20,000 nt of DNA from contig JAADGS010000023.1 of the NCBI GenBank assembly GCA_013152275.1, positions 45,152 to 65,151 on the forward strand. Direction: 5' to 3'. Position 1 is the stretch's first letter; every line of letters begins with the position of its first letter. Positions 1-7,909 of the stretch are shown here, in pieces. Source of the stretch: Actinomycetota bacterium (GTDB lineage Bacteria > Actinomycetota > Acidimicrobiia > Spongiisociales > UBA4744). The notes below the pieces were generated by a model, which saw only the letters and a list, made by a program, of their open reading frames with translations, was not told where the DNA came from and ran no database searches. Position numbers and translations under genes: made by a program.

Positions 1-570
1 TATGCACATCTGGGCGTTGTCGGCTTCGATCTGGCCGGTCCCGAACTCGACGCTCCGGCCGACCGTCACCTCGTGGCGACCAGGATGATCCGGGGCGCCA
101 ACATGGGCCTGACCATCCACGCGGGAGAAGTGGACGGTCCTCACAGCATTTGGACGGCTCTGCAACGCTGTGGGGCGCACCGTGTCGGTCACGGTGTGCA
201 CATCATCGATGACTGCAAGCTCGACGGCACCGAGATCGTCGAACTGGGATCTCTCGCGACGTATGTGCGTGACTTTCGAGTTCCTCTGGAAGTCTGCCCC
301 ACGTCCAACCTGCACACCGGCGGCTGGTGTGCAGCCAACCACCCGGTAGGGGCGCTCTACAGGGCGGGGTTCACGATCACCCTCAACACCGACAATCGGT
401 TGATGAGCAGGACCTCTCTGTCCAGCGAGTTCCGCCTGGTCGTCGAGCATCACGGGTTCGGCATGTCGGACCTACTGCAGGTGACCGAAAACGCGATGAT
501 GGCCGCATTTGCCCCGCTTCCTCTCAAGCACAGCATTCTCGGGGAGCGAATCCGCAGTGCCTACATCTGA
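1..570 (+). CDS. add: Adenosine deaminase, 3' part (5' end lies outside the window)
   Basis: Frame is open from base 1 (YAHLGVVGFDLAGPE...). Motifs GFDLAGPE, TIHAGE, RVGHG, LEVCPTSN and NTDNRLMS are typical of actinobacterial ADA. Confidence 0.93.
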   Translation, partial: YAHLGVVGFDLAGPELDAPADRHLVATRMIRGANMGLTIHAGEVDGPHSIWTALQRCGAHRVGHGVHIIDDCKLDGTEIVELGSLATYVRDFRVPLEVCPTSNLHTGGWCAANHPVGALYRAGFTITLNTDNRLMSRTSLSSEFRLVVEHHGFGMSDLLQVTENAMMAAFAPLPLKHSILGERIRSAYI

Positions 571-1358
571 ACCTGCGACTCCACCCACGACGCGATGTCA
601 TCCAGGACTTGCTCCTGCTCTGGTTCGTTGTGGCACTCGTGCCGCAGTCCTTCGTACAGGATGCGTTTCGCATGGGGCTCCAAGAGCGCACTCGCGGAGG
701 GGGGAACGAGCGAGTCTTCGGATCCTTGAATCGTCAAGGTCGGGACCGAGATGTTCGTCAAGCGTCCGATTGTGGTGACTTGCGCCTGCAACGCCTCCGC
801 TGCGAGCCGCAGGGTGGCCTTTGTCAGGACGAGCGGATCCGCGAAGTACGCCTCTCCGACCGCCGGGTCTCGTGACAGTTGATCGCCGGTGATGCCGGTT
901 GCCACCGCGAGCGTGGGCAGCAGCGGACCGAGGATCTTCGGAAGTACGTGCAGCATCGGTTTCAGATTGTCTTGGAGGCCGGGTGCGCTCGCGATGAGGG
1001 CATCAGGCTGCGGACGCCCCGACGTGGCATACGAGATGGCGATCAGTCCTCCGAGGGAGTGTCCGTAGAGCACGACGGGAACTCCGATGGATCTCGTTTC
1101 CACGAGTCTGTCCTCGACATCATCCAGATAGTCGCTCCATCGTCCGACGTAGCCTCTGCGCCCGCCGGACAGGCCGTGTCCTCGCAGATCGAAGGCGGTC
1201 ACGTCGATACCCCGTTTGTTGAGAAACCGGGCCACGTGGTCGTATCGTCCGCTGTGCTCACCAAGTCCGTGAATGATGAGCATCGCCGCCTTCGGGCCTT
1301 GGGCCGGCCAGCGCCGAACCGCGATCATCGTTCCGTCTCTCGCTGCCTTCTCTTCCAT
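561..1358 (-). CDS. Alpha/beta hydrolase (lysophospholipase/monoacylglycerol lipase family)
   Basis: HGLGEHSGRY, DLRGHGLS, nucleophile elbow GHSLGG, acid D in GSEDSLV, and C-terminal HECHNE. Its 3' end overlaps the 3' end of add by 10 nt. Confidence 0.92.
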   Translation of the reverse strand: MEEKAARDGTMIAVRRWPAQGPKAAMLIIHGLGEHSGRYDHVARFLNKRGIDVTAFDLRGHGLSGGRRGYVGRWSDYLDDVEDRLVETRSIGVPVVLYGHSLGGLIAISYATSGRPQPDALIASAPGLQDNLKPMLHVLPKILGPLLPTLAVATGITGDQLSRDPAVGEAYFADPLVLTKATLRLAAEALQAQVTTIGRLTNISVPTLTIQGSEDSLVPPSASALLEPHAKRILYEGLRHECHNEPEQEQVLDDIASWVESQVQM

Positions 1359-1361
1359 GAT

Positions 1362-2852
1362 CTACTCCTCCGTGAACCAACTGACGTTCAGATGACGTGC
1401 GGCAAGGGCGTCGTCGGGCCGGCGCACGGGCGTCAGAAGGGGAGCATCCTCGACGGCAGCGGCATCGGTGTAGGCCTTCTCGGCGATCGTGTTCATCGCG
1501 TCGGCCATCGCTTCCAGGGTCTCTCTCGACTGCGTCTCGGTGGGCTCGAACATCAGCGCCTCGTGAACGATCAGCGGGAAGTACATCGTCGGTGCATGGA
1601 AGCCTTCGTCGAGGAGGGCCTTGACGATGTCCATGGTGTGTACGCCCGTTTCGGTCTTGATCCGATCTGCGGACGCCACGAACTCGTGCATGCACGGCGC
1701 GGGGTACGGAATCTCGAAACGATCGCTCAGGAGGGAAGCGAGGTATCTGGCGTTGAGCACGGACCGCTCGGCGACACGCCGGAGCCCCGATCCGCCGAGC
1801 GCGCGCATGTAGGCGACGGCGCGTAGCACCACGCCGAAGTTGCCATGTCGGCCATGCACCCTGCCGATCGAACGCGCCGGCATTCCCCACCGGAGGAGGC
1901 CTTCGTCGTCACGTACCGGCAGCGGTCCCGGCAGGAAGGGAGCGAGCTTCCTGGAAACCGCCAGGGGGCCGGATCCCGGTCCACCACCTCCATGAGGAGT
2001 TCCGAACGTCTTGTGGAGGTTGGAGTGGACGATGTCGAACCCCATGTCACCCGGTCTGGACACACCGAGGATCGCATTCAGGTTGGCTCCGTCGTAGTAG
2101 AGGAGGCCTCCCACATCATGGACCGCATCGGCGATATCGAGTATGTCCATTTCGAACAGCCCAAGCGTGTTCGGGTTGGTCAGCATCAACCCTGCGACCT
2201 CGTCGTTCAGGAGCGTACGGAGCGCATCGAGGTCGACCATCCCGCGACCATCGGATGGCACTTCTTTGACCGCGTAGCCGCTCAGCGCCGCCGAGGCCGG
2301 GTTCGTGCCGTGGGCGGAGTCAGGGACCAGTATGACACTGCGCGGATTCCCGTTGGCAGAGTGGTAGGCCCGGGTGATCATCATTCCCGTGAGCTCTCCT
2401 GCGGCTCCGGCTGGAGGCTGGAACGTCGCCCGGAACATGCCGGTGAGTTCACACAGGATACGCTCGGCTTCCACCAGCACCTCCATGGCGCCCTGCGCCG
2501 CGTACGGCGGCGTGTCCGGGTGAAGCGTCTGAAACTCCGGGAGATCGGCAACCCAGTCGGCGATCTTGGGGTTGTACTTCATCGTGCAGGATCCGAGAGG
2601 ATACGCACCCAGGTCGACGGCGAAGTTCCGGTGCGCCAGGCGGCTGAAGTGCATCACGAGGTCGTGCTCAGACACCTCCGGCAACCGGACGACGTTCTCG
2701 CGTCCCTCTTCGAGATTCAGCGCAGTCTTCGGCACGTCGAGTGGAGGGAGAGACCACGCCCTCCTTTCGGGACTCGAGAATTCGACGAGTGTCGGTTCGG
2801 TCGTGCCGCCCAGCAGCGGCAGGGATGATGCGCGTCCTGCGGGTTCAGCCAT
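1362..2852 (-). CDS. gcvPB: Glycine dehydrogenase (decarboxylating) subunit 2
   Basis: YPLGSCTMKYNP, PDSAHGTNPASA, LTNPNTLG, YYDGANLNA and the PLP-lysine motif NLHKTFGTPHGGGGPG. SD GGAGGT upstream; 8-nt overlap with gcvPA. Confidence 0.97.
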   Translation of the reverse strand: MAEPAGRASSLPLLGGTTEPTLVEFSSPERRAWSLPPLDVPKTALNLEEGRENVVRLPEVSEHDLVMHFSRLAHRNFAVDLGAYPLGSCTMKYNPKIADWVADLPEFQTLHPDTPPYAAQGAMEVLVEAERILCELTGMFRATFQPPAGAAGELTGMMITRAYHSANGNPRSVILVPDSAHGTNPASAALSGYAVKEVPSDGRGMVDLDALRTLLNDEVAGLMLTNPNTLGLFEMDILDIADAVHDVGGLLYYDGANLNAILGVSRPGDMGFDIVHSNLHKTFGTPHGGGGPGSGPLAVSRKLAPFLPGPLPVRDDEGLLRWGMPARSIGRVHGRHGNFGVVLRAVAYMRALGGSGLRRVAERSVLNARYLASLLSDRFEIPYPAPCMHEFVASADRIKTETGVHTMDIVKALLDEGFHAPTMYFPLIVHEALMFEPTETQSRETLEAMADAMNTIAEKAYTDAAAVEDAPLLTPVRRPDDALAARHLNVSWFTEE

Positions 2853-4179
2853 GTGCGATCACCTCCTTCATGGCATCCACATAGCCGTCGAGCTCATCTT
2901 TGGTCCTCCGTTCGGTGACGGCTATCAGTAGTCCACCGGGGAGATCGGGATAGTCCTTGGAAAGCGCGATCCCTGCCAGGTAGCCACGATCGGCCATCGC
3001 CTCTATCACGATCTCGGGCTCCATGGGGAGAAGGACGGCGAACTCGCGCACGAACGATGCCTCGTTGGCCCGCCGGACACCAGGAATCTGCTCGAGACGT
3101 TTTGCGAGGTAGTGCGCCTTCTGTGCCGACCGCTCTCCGACCTCGACGAGGCCATCCGGACCGAGCCATCCGAGTTGCACGGCGGCGGCGACCGCGTTGA
3201 GCGCCTCATTCGAACAGATGTTGGAAGATGCCTTTGCTCTTCGAATATCCTGTTCCCTGGCTCGTAGCGTCATCACGTAGGCGGTTGCCCCATCACGATC
3301 CACGGTTCGACCGATGATCCGACCTGGCATGCGCCGTACGTGCTTGGCCGTGATCGAGAAGAGTCCAAGCCCCGGCCCTCCGAATGAGAGAGGGTTCCCG
3401 AGTGCTTGGCCTTCGCCTACGGCGATGTCCACTCCTGCCGAGCCGGGGCTTCGGAGGACGCCGAGCGTCATGGGGTCGTAGGAGACGATTGCAAGGGCAT
3501 CATGCTGTCGTGCCGTGGCCACTGCAGCGTCATAGTCTTCGATCACGCCGAGGTAGTTCGGCTGGGCCCACAGGACGGCAGCGGGTTGTGGGCCGGCCTC
3601 CGTCGCCCAGACGGTTCTTCCACCGACGAGCGGATGTTCGACTACCTGGAGGTTCCTGGCCGTCGCCAAGGTTTGGATCGTTTCACGAATCCGTGGACCC
3701 AGTCCCGACGAAACCCAGACCACAGAGCGCCGGGTCGCCAGCACGGCCGCACTCACCGCTTCCCCGGCGGCCGTCGCTCCGTCATACATCGAGGCATTCG
3801 TGATGTCCATCTCCGTGATACCGCACACCATCGACTGGTATTCGTAGAGGACCTGGAGCATGCCTTGGGATACTTCTGCCTGGTAGGGCGTGTAGGCGGT
3901 GGCGAATTCGGGACGAGAAGTGAGCGCCTTCACGGTCGGCGAAACATAGTGGTCGTAGTAGCCGCCACCGGCGAAGCAGATGAGATCGGAGTGATTCGAC
4001 CCGGCCCAGGCGGCGAACAGGGCCTGCAATTCCGGTTCGGAGACACCGTCGCCGATTGTTGGGGAACGGTCGACGAGCACGCTGATCGGCAGATGTCCAA
4101 AGAGATCGTCGATGTCACGAAGCCCGAGATGCTCGAGCATCATCGTGATGTCCTGTTGCGTGTGAGGGGTGAAATCCAT
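2845..4179 (-). CDS. gcvPA: Glycine dehydrogenase (decarboxylating) subunit 1
   Basis: FAGGGYYDH, EFATAYTPYQAEVSQG, NASMYDGATA, LSFGGP and REQDIRRAKASSNICSN. Confidence 0.97.
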   Translation of the reverse strand: MDFTPHTQQDITMMLEHLGLRDIDDLFGHLPISVLVDRSPTIGDGVSEPELQALFAAWAGSNHSDLICFAGGGYYDHYVSPTVKALTSRPEFATAYTPYQAEVSQGMLQVLYEYQSMVCGITEMDITNASMYDGATAAGEAVSAAVLATRRSVVWVSSGLGPRIRETIQTLATARNLQVVEHPLVGGRTVWATEAGPQPAAVLWAQPNYLGVIEDYDAAVATARQHDALAIVSYDPMTLGVLRSPGSAGVDIAVGEGQALGNPLSFGGPGLGLFSITAKHVRRMPGRIIGRTVDRDGATAYVMTLRAREQDIRRAKASSNICSNEALNAVAAAVQLGWLGPDGLVEVGERSAQKAHYLAKRLEQIPGVRRANEASFVREFAVLLPMEPEIVIEAMADRGYLAGIALSKDYPDLPGGLLIAVTERRTKDELDGYVDAMKEVIAHG

Positions 4180-4182
4180 GGA

Positions 4183-5235
4183 CTATCGCTTTCCGATGAA
4201 CGGCAGCTTCGACTGGTGGGCGGAGACCCATTCTCCGCGGATCTGCACTTCGATGGGCGCATCGGGCTCCGGCGGCGGGGTGAGATACCCGAGGCCTATC
4301 CCCCGGCCGAGCACCGGACTGAAATTGCCACTTGTGACCGTCCCGGAAGAAGCTCCTGCACGCATCGGGTATCCGTGTCGAGCGATCTGTCGGCCGTCCA
4401 TCACGAACGCAACTCGACACTTGGTCAGGCCCTGTTCCACTTGCCGCCGCAGGGCGGCCTTGCCGACGAATTCGTGCTCCCACGCAACGACCCAGCGCAG
4501 CCCCGCCTCCAGAGGGGTGATCGTCTCGTCGAGATCCTGTCCCCAGAGGGGGTAACCCATCTCCAGTCTCAAGGTGTCACGCGCACCGAGTCCACACGGC
4601 GTGGCACCGGCATCCAACAATGCGCCGAACATGGCGACGCCGGCCTCTCGCGTGATCGCGATCTCGCCACCGCGTTCGCCCGTGTAACCGGTTCCGGCGA
4701 TCTGGACCGGTGTGCCACGGAAATCCCCTGTGGTGACCCGGAAGCGCTCCGGAACGAGGCCGAAGACCGCGTTGAAGACCCAGGGCGAGTCGGGTCCTTG
4801 AAGCGCGACCATGGCTGTGTCGTCGCGTATCGATTCGATGGTCACCCCCGAGGGTGCTGCGGCGTGAAACCTCGCTCGGATCCCATCATCGTTCGCGCCG
4901 TTGGGAATGACCCAGTAGCGCTCGTCTGACCAGCGCCACACGATGATGTCATCGAGGACACCACCCTCTTCATTGAGAGACATCGTGTACTGTGCGGCAC
5001 CGGGCTCGACGTCGGCGATGTCGTTGCAGAGGAGGCTGCGGAGCAGTTCGGTGCTTCCGCTTCCCTCGACGAGGAACCTGCCGAGGTGCGAGACGTCGAA
5101 CACGCCGGCCGTTTCTCGAACGGCCTGGTGTTCGCTCAGCACACTCTCGTACCGAACGGGCATCTCCCAGCCCGCGAAATCGACAAACCTGGCGCCGAGT
5201 CGGACATGTTCGGTGTGCAACGGGGAACGTGGCAT
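4183..5235 (-). CDS. gcvT: Glycine cleavage system aminomethyltransferase T
   Basis: FAGWEMPVRY, FDVSHLG, ALQGP, TGYTGERG and CGLGARDTLRLEMG. SD AAGGAG 8 nt before the ATG. Confidence 0.97.
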   Translation of the reverse strand: MPRSPLHTEHVRLGARFVDFAGWEMPVRYESVLSEHQAVRETAGVFDVSHLGRFLVEGSGSTELLRSLLCNDIADVEPGAAQYTMSLNEEGGVLDDIIVWRWSDERYWVIPNGANDDGIRARFHAAAPSGVTIESIRDDTAMVALQGPDSPWVFNAVFGLVPERFRVTTGDFRGTPVQIAGTGYTGERGGEIAITREAGVAMFGALLDAGATPCGLGARDTLRLEMGYPLWGQDLDETITPLEAGLRWVVAWEHEFVGKAALRRQVEQGLTKCRVAFVMDGRQIARHGYPMRAGASSGTVTSGNFSPVLGRGIGLGYLTPPPEPDAPIEVQIRGEWVSAHQSKLPFIGKR

Positions 5236-5309
5236 CAGAGCGACTCCTTCCGGCTCGTCATCGTGCGACTCAGCTTAGACATCGCCGGTGGAACCTGATC
5301 GTCGCCGAT

Positions 5310-5750
5310 TCAACCGGCCGAGACGTCTTCGACGACGTTCACGTCCGGCGGGCCGGGGATGCGCGTCGGTGTCGCCAGTCCTTCGAGCTGGTCGGGCTCG
5401 TCCAGACCGTATTTCACGAGGAGGTGCAGGTAGTCCCGCTGGTAGAAGATCTTGCAGGTCACGTCGGGGTACAGATTCCTCAGCCGGCGAACTTTGCGGT
5501 TCTTTCGGGTCACGAGCCGCTGGTTCATCGTGGTGATCTCGATGAACACGTCTTCGTCGGGGAGGTAGAAATCGGGGGCAAAGAAACCGGTTGCGATGCC
5601 ATCCTCGTCCCATGAGATGGCGAAGGCTCGCGGTTCGTACTCCCAGTCGATCCCGTAGAAGTCGAGAAGTCGTGCGAACTGCCGCTCGCTGTTGTGGGCA
5701 AACGCAACCTGGTCGGCGCGCCCGTTCTCGAACGTAGCGTCTTCGTTCAG
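5310..5750 (-). CDS. Conserved-looking hypothetical protein with PD-(D/E)xK / T7 endonuclease I-like fold (about 146 aa; start probably CTG at 5750)
   Basis: Only the C-terminal half of track ORF 5310..6176 looks like protein: FAHNSERQFARLLDFYGIDWEYEP...FAPDFYLPDEDVFIEITT...KNRKVRRLRNLYPDV. SD GGAGGT lies 6 nt before a CTG that overlaps the upstream MerR stop. The start is uncertain. Confidence 0.8.
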   Translation of the reverse strand: MNEDATFENGRADQVAFAHNSERQFARLLDFYGIDWEYEPRAFAISWDEDGIATGFFAPDFYLPDEDVFIEITTMNQRLVTRKNRKVRRLRNLYPDVTCKIFYQRDYLHLLVKYGLDEPDQLEGLATPTRIPGPPDVNVVEDVSAG

Positions 5751-6208
5751 ACGCCCACCTCCGTAGCCTCGGCGTCTTCCTCTTTCTCGGCCCACAGAGC
5801 ATGAATCTCGCCTTCCAGCTCCTTCTGAACGGGGCCAACGGCGATGCCGAACACTCCCTGGCCACGTCGGAACACGTCGACGACTTCCTGTGAACTGTGG
5901 GCTGCGTAGATCGTCTGTCCGTCCGAGAGCAACGTGACGTCGGCGAGAGGACGATCGGACTGTAACTGGACACGGAGAATCCCGATCGCCTGGCGGATCT
6001 TCTTGAGGCTCATGCCTGCGTCGAGGAGACGCTTGACCACCTTGAGCTGTACGACGTCGCCGAATGCGTACAGGCGCTGGGACCCGGAGCCCCGAGCGGC
6101 CTTCAGTGAAGGCTGCAACAGACCGGTGCGGGCCCAATAGTCGAGTTGTCGGTAGGTGATACCGACGAGATGGCATACTTGCGGTGCTCTGAATCCCTGT
6201 TCGCCCAC
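5747..6208 (-). CDS. mcdR: MerR-family regulator, Rv1830/McdR-like
   Basis: GITYRQLDYWARTGL, GSGSQRLY, VVKRLLDAGMSL, TLLSDGQTIY and GQGVFGIAV match the Rv1830 subfamily. Syntenic position fits. GTG start with SD GAGGAG. Confidence 0.9.
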   Translation of the reverse strand: MGEQGFRAPQVCHLVGITYRQLDYWARTGLLQPSLKAARGSGSQRLYAFGDVVQLKVVKRLLDAGMSLKKIRQAIGILRVQLQSDRPLADVTLLSDGQTIYAAHSSQEVVDVFRRGQGVFGIAVGPVQKELEGEIHALWAEKEEDAEATEVGV

Positions 6209-6228
6209 GGTGTCGCTCCTCGGTAGCA

Positions 6229-6246
6229 GGTTACACGCTCGTAATT
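6229..6246. promoter_or_regulatory. Imperfect dyad GGTTACAcgctCGTAATT, a putative McdR-type operator just downstream of the mcdR promoter
   Basis: Read on the minus strand it is AATTACG-AGCG-TGTAACC, matching 11 of 14 defined positions of the mycobacterial McdR motif as I recall it (AATnACA-N4-TGTnATT). Confidence 0.6.
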
Positions 6247-6255
6247 CGGATGCTC

Positions 6256-6285
6256 AAGTTACCGGCGAGACAGGTGAGTTGTCAA
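6256..6285 (-). promoter_or_regulatory. Sigma70/SigA-type promoter for mcdR
   Basis: Perfect -35 TTGACA (6285-6280), 18-bp spacer, -10 TAACTT (6261-6256, fits TANNNT). Confidence 0.72.
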
Positions 6286-6301
6286 CAACCTCTGTGGATA
6301 A
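6279..6301. promoter_or_regulatory. Inverted pair of DnaA boxes
   Basis: TGTGGATAA (6293-6301) is a perfect TTATCCACA box on the minus strand. TTGTCAACA (6279-6287) is one mismatch from TTGTCCACA on the plus strand. They are 5 bp apart. Confidence 0.62.
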
Positions 6302-6315
6302 CTCGGTCGGACCGT

Positions 6316-6356
6316 GGCTCGTGTTGCCCCGCACTCCCCCGCGCCGGCTCGTGTTG
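6316..6356. repeat. 11-bp direct repeat GGCTCGTGTTG x2 with a 30-bp period
   Basis: Exact copies at 6316-6326 and 6346-6356, intergenic, upstream of the mcdR promoter. Confidence 0.7.
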
Positions 6357-6398
6357 TCTGTAGAGGGCGGCAGGGCAGCCTTGCGAAGTCGAGGGGGC

Positions 6399-7394
6399 CT
6401 ACCTTGCGCACGCATCCACGAGACGTTCGAGCTGACCGGGAACGCCGACTCCGACGAGGACGTCTCCGGGCATGAGGACGAGATCCGGGTCGGGGTTGAA
6501 GAGGAGTTCGCCGGTTTCGGCATGCTCCACGGCCAGGACCATCGCGCCGGAACGTTCCCGAATGGCCGCATCCTTCAGGCTCCTGCCGGCAATCCCACAG
6601 CCGTCGTGCACCGGTACACGCTGGACGCGATACTCGACGGGGCCCTGGCTGGCGATGAGATCGATGAAATCGGCAAGTTCGGGTTGGATGACAAGGGACG
6701 CCAGCCGCCGGGCCCCGACACTCTGGGGCGAAACCGCCCGGTCGGCTCCGGCGAGGAGCAGCTTGTGTTCGGCTTCCATGTCCGAGGCCCGAGCAACGAC
6801 TATGAGGTCGGAGTGCAGAGCTCTTGCGGACAGGACGATGACCAGGTTGTCGGAATCGGAGTTCACCGCGGCGACGAGGGCCCTGGCCTTTCGGACGCCG
6901 ACGAGCTCGAGTGTCTCATCGTGTGTGGCATCACCTTCAACGACCAGAGCGCCGGCCTCGCGAGCGCGATCGGCAGCCGATCGTTCACGTTCGATGACTG
7001 CGCACGGGACCTTGCGTTCCTGGTGAATCTCCCACACACCCTTGCCGACACGCCCCCAGCCGCAGATGATCGTGTGACCCGTCAGACGTCCGGTTTTCTG
7101 CTCCATTTGCGCTCGCCTCCGTTCCGAGATGCTCTCGACCGCCATTTCCAGGACGGCAGTCGCGGTGAAGAACAACGTCCCGACGCCCACGATGATCAAA
7201 GCTATCGTGAGGACACGTCCTGTCTCCGAGAGCGGCACCACTTCCCTGAATCCGACCGTAGAGATCGTGATCACGACCATGTACAGTGCCTCGAGAAAAC
7301 CTGCGTGCTCCAGGATGACGAATCCAAGCGTTCCCAGCACGACCACGGCGACGAGCACGGCCGCCCCGATGCGGATCCTGCCGGTGCTTGTCAT
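6399..7394 (-). CDS. 2-TM potassium channel-like protein with RCK_N (TrkA-N) and RCK_C (TrkA-C) domains
   Basis: TM1, pore helix ALYMVVITISTVGF, TM2, Rossmann ICGWGRVG, EGDAT, SDSDN and C-terminal GRSLKDAAIRE...NPDPDLVLMPGDVL. ATGA coupling to DUF151. Confidence 0.9.
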   Translation of the reverse strand: MTSTGRIRIGAAVLVAVVVLGTLGFVILEHAGFLEALYMVVITISTVGFREVVPLSETGRVLTIALIIVGVGTLFFTATAVLEMAVESISERRRAQMEQKTGRLTGHTIICGWGRVGKGVWEIHQERKVPCAVIERERSAADRAREAGALVVEGDATHDETLELVGVRKARALVAAVNSDSDNLVIVLSARALHSDLIVVARASDMEAEHKLLLAGADRAVSPQSVGARRLASLVIQPELADFIDLIASQGPVEYRVQRVPVHDGCGIAGRSLKDAAIRERSGAMVLAVEHAETGELLFNPDPDLVLMPGDVLVGVGVPGQLERLVDACAR

Positions 7395-7897
7395 CCCCCC
7401 GGTGGCCCTTCCGGTGGGGCAAAATCCTCAGGTGTGACTTCATCGAGGAACTCCCTGAATTTCTCGATCTCGGACTCCTCGTCCTCGTCACGAATCTCGA
7501 TGCCGGCATCGTCGATGACCTCCGCCGAGGCGAAGATCGGCGCGCCTGTTCTCGCCGCCAGGGCAATGGCGTCAGATGGTCGCGCCGAGACGTGCACCTC
7601 TTTCCCCTCCTGATCGAAGACGAGGTCGGCGTAGAACACGGCGTCACGCAGTTCGGTGACCTCGACCCTCGCCACGGTTCCACCGAGAGCGTCGGCGACC
7701 AACTTCAGCAGATCGTGGGTCAGTGGGCGCTGGGGTACCAGGCCTTCTACGGCATAGGCGATGGCGGTCGCTTCGACTGCACCAATCCATATGGGCAGGA
7801 ACCGTGTACCGGCCGTCTCGCGCAGAAGTACCACCGGCTGGTTCGTCGGCAGTTGGAGGCGCACTCCGATCAGCTCCACGGGGATACGGTCGCTCAC
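7391..7897 (-). CDS. Bifunctional nuclease domain protein (DUF151, Rv1829-like)
   Basis: PVVLLRE, LPIWIG, RPLTHDL, ARPSDAIALA and the tail EKFREFLDEVTPEDF. Confidence 0.93.
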   Translation of the reverse strand: MSDRIPVELIGVRLQLPTNQPVVLLRETAGTRFLPIWIGAVEATAIAYAVEGLVPQRPLTHDLLKLVADALGGTVARVEVTELRDAVFYADLVFDQEGKEVHVSARPSDAIALAARTGAPIFASAEVIDDAGIEIRDEDEESEIEKFREFLDEVTPEDFAPPEGPPGG

Positions 7898-7909
7898 AGA
7901 CTCAGCCTA

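Noticed and set aside
5310..5750. Prophage or Tn7 (TnsA) origin for the nuclease-like gene
   Set aside because: No phage genes, integrase, tnsB/C, terminal repeats or evident compositional shift. The gene is coupled within a housekeeping run.
5751..6176. N-terminal half of the 288-aa ORF 5310..6176
   Set aside because: Arg/Pro/Gly-rich off-frame translation inside mcdR. Only the part after 5750 looks like protein.
6279..6301. oriC interpretation of the DnaA boxes
   Set aside because: Only two boxes, no AT-rich unwinding element and no dnaA/dnaN nearby. A regulatory site fits better.
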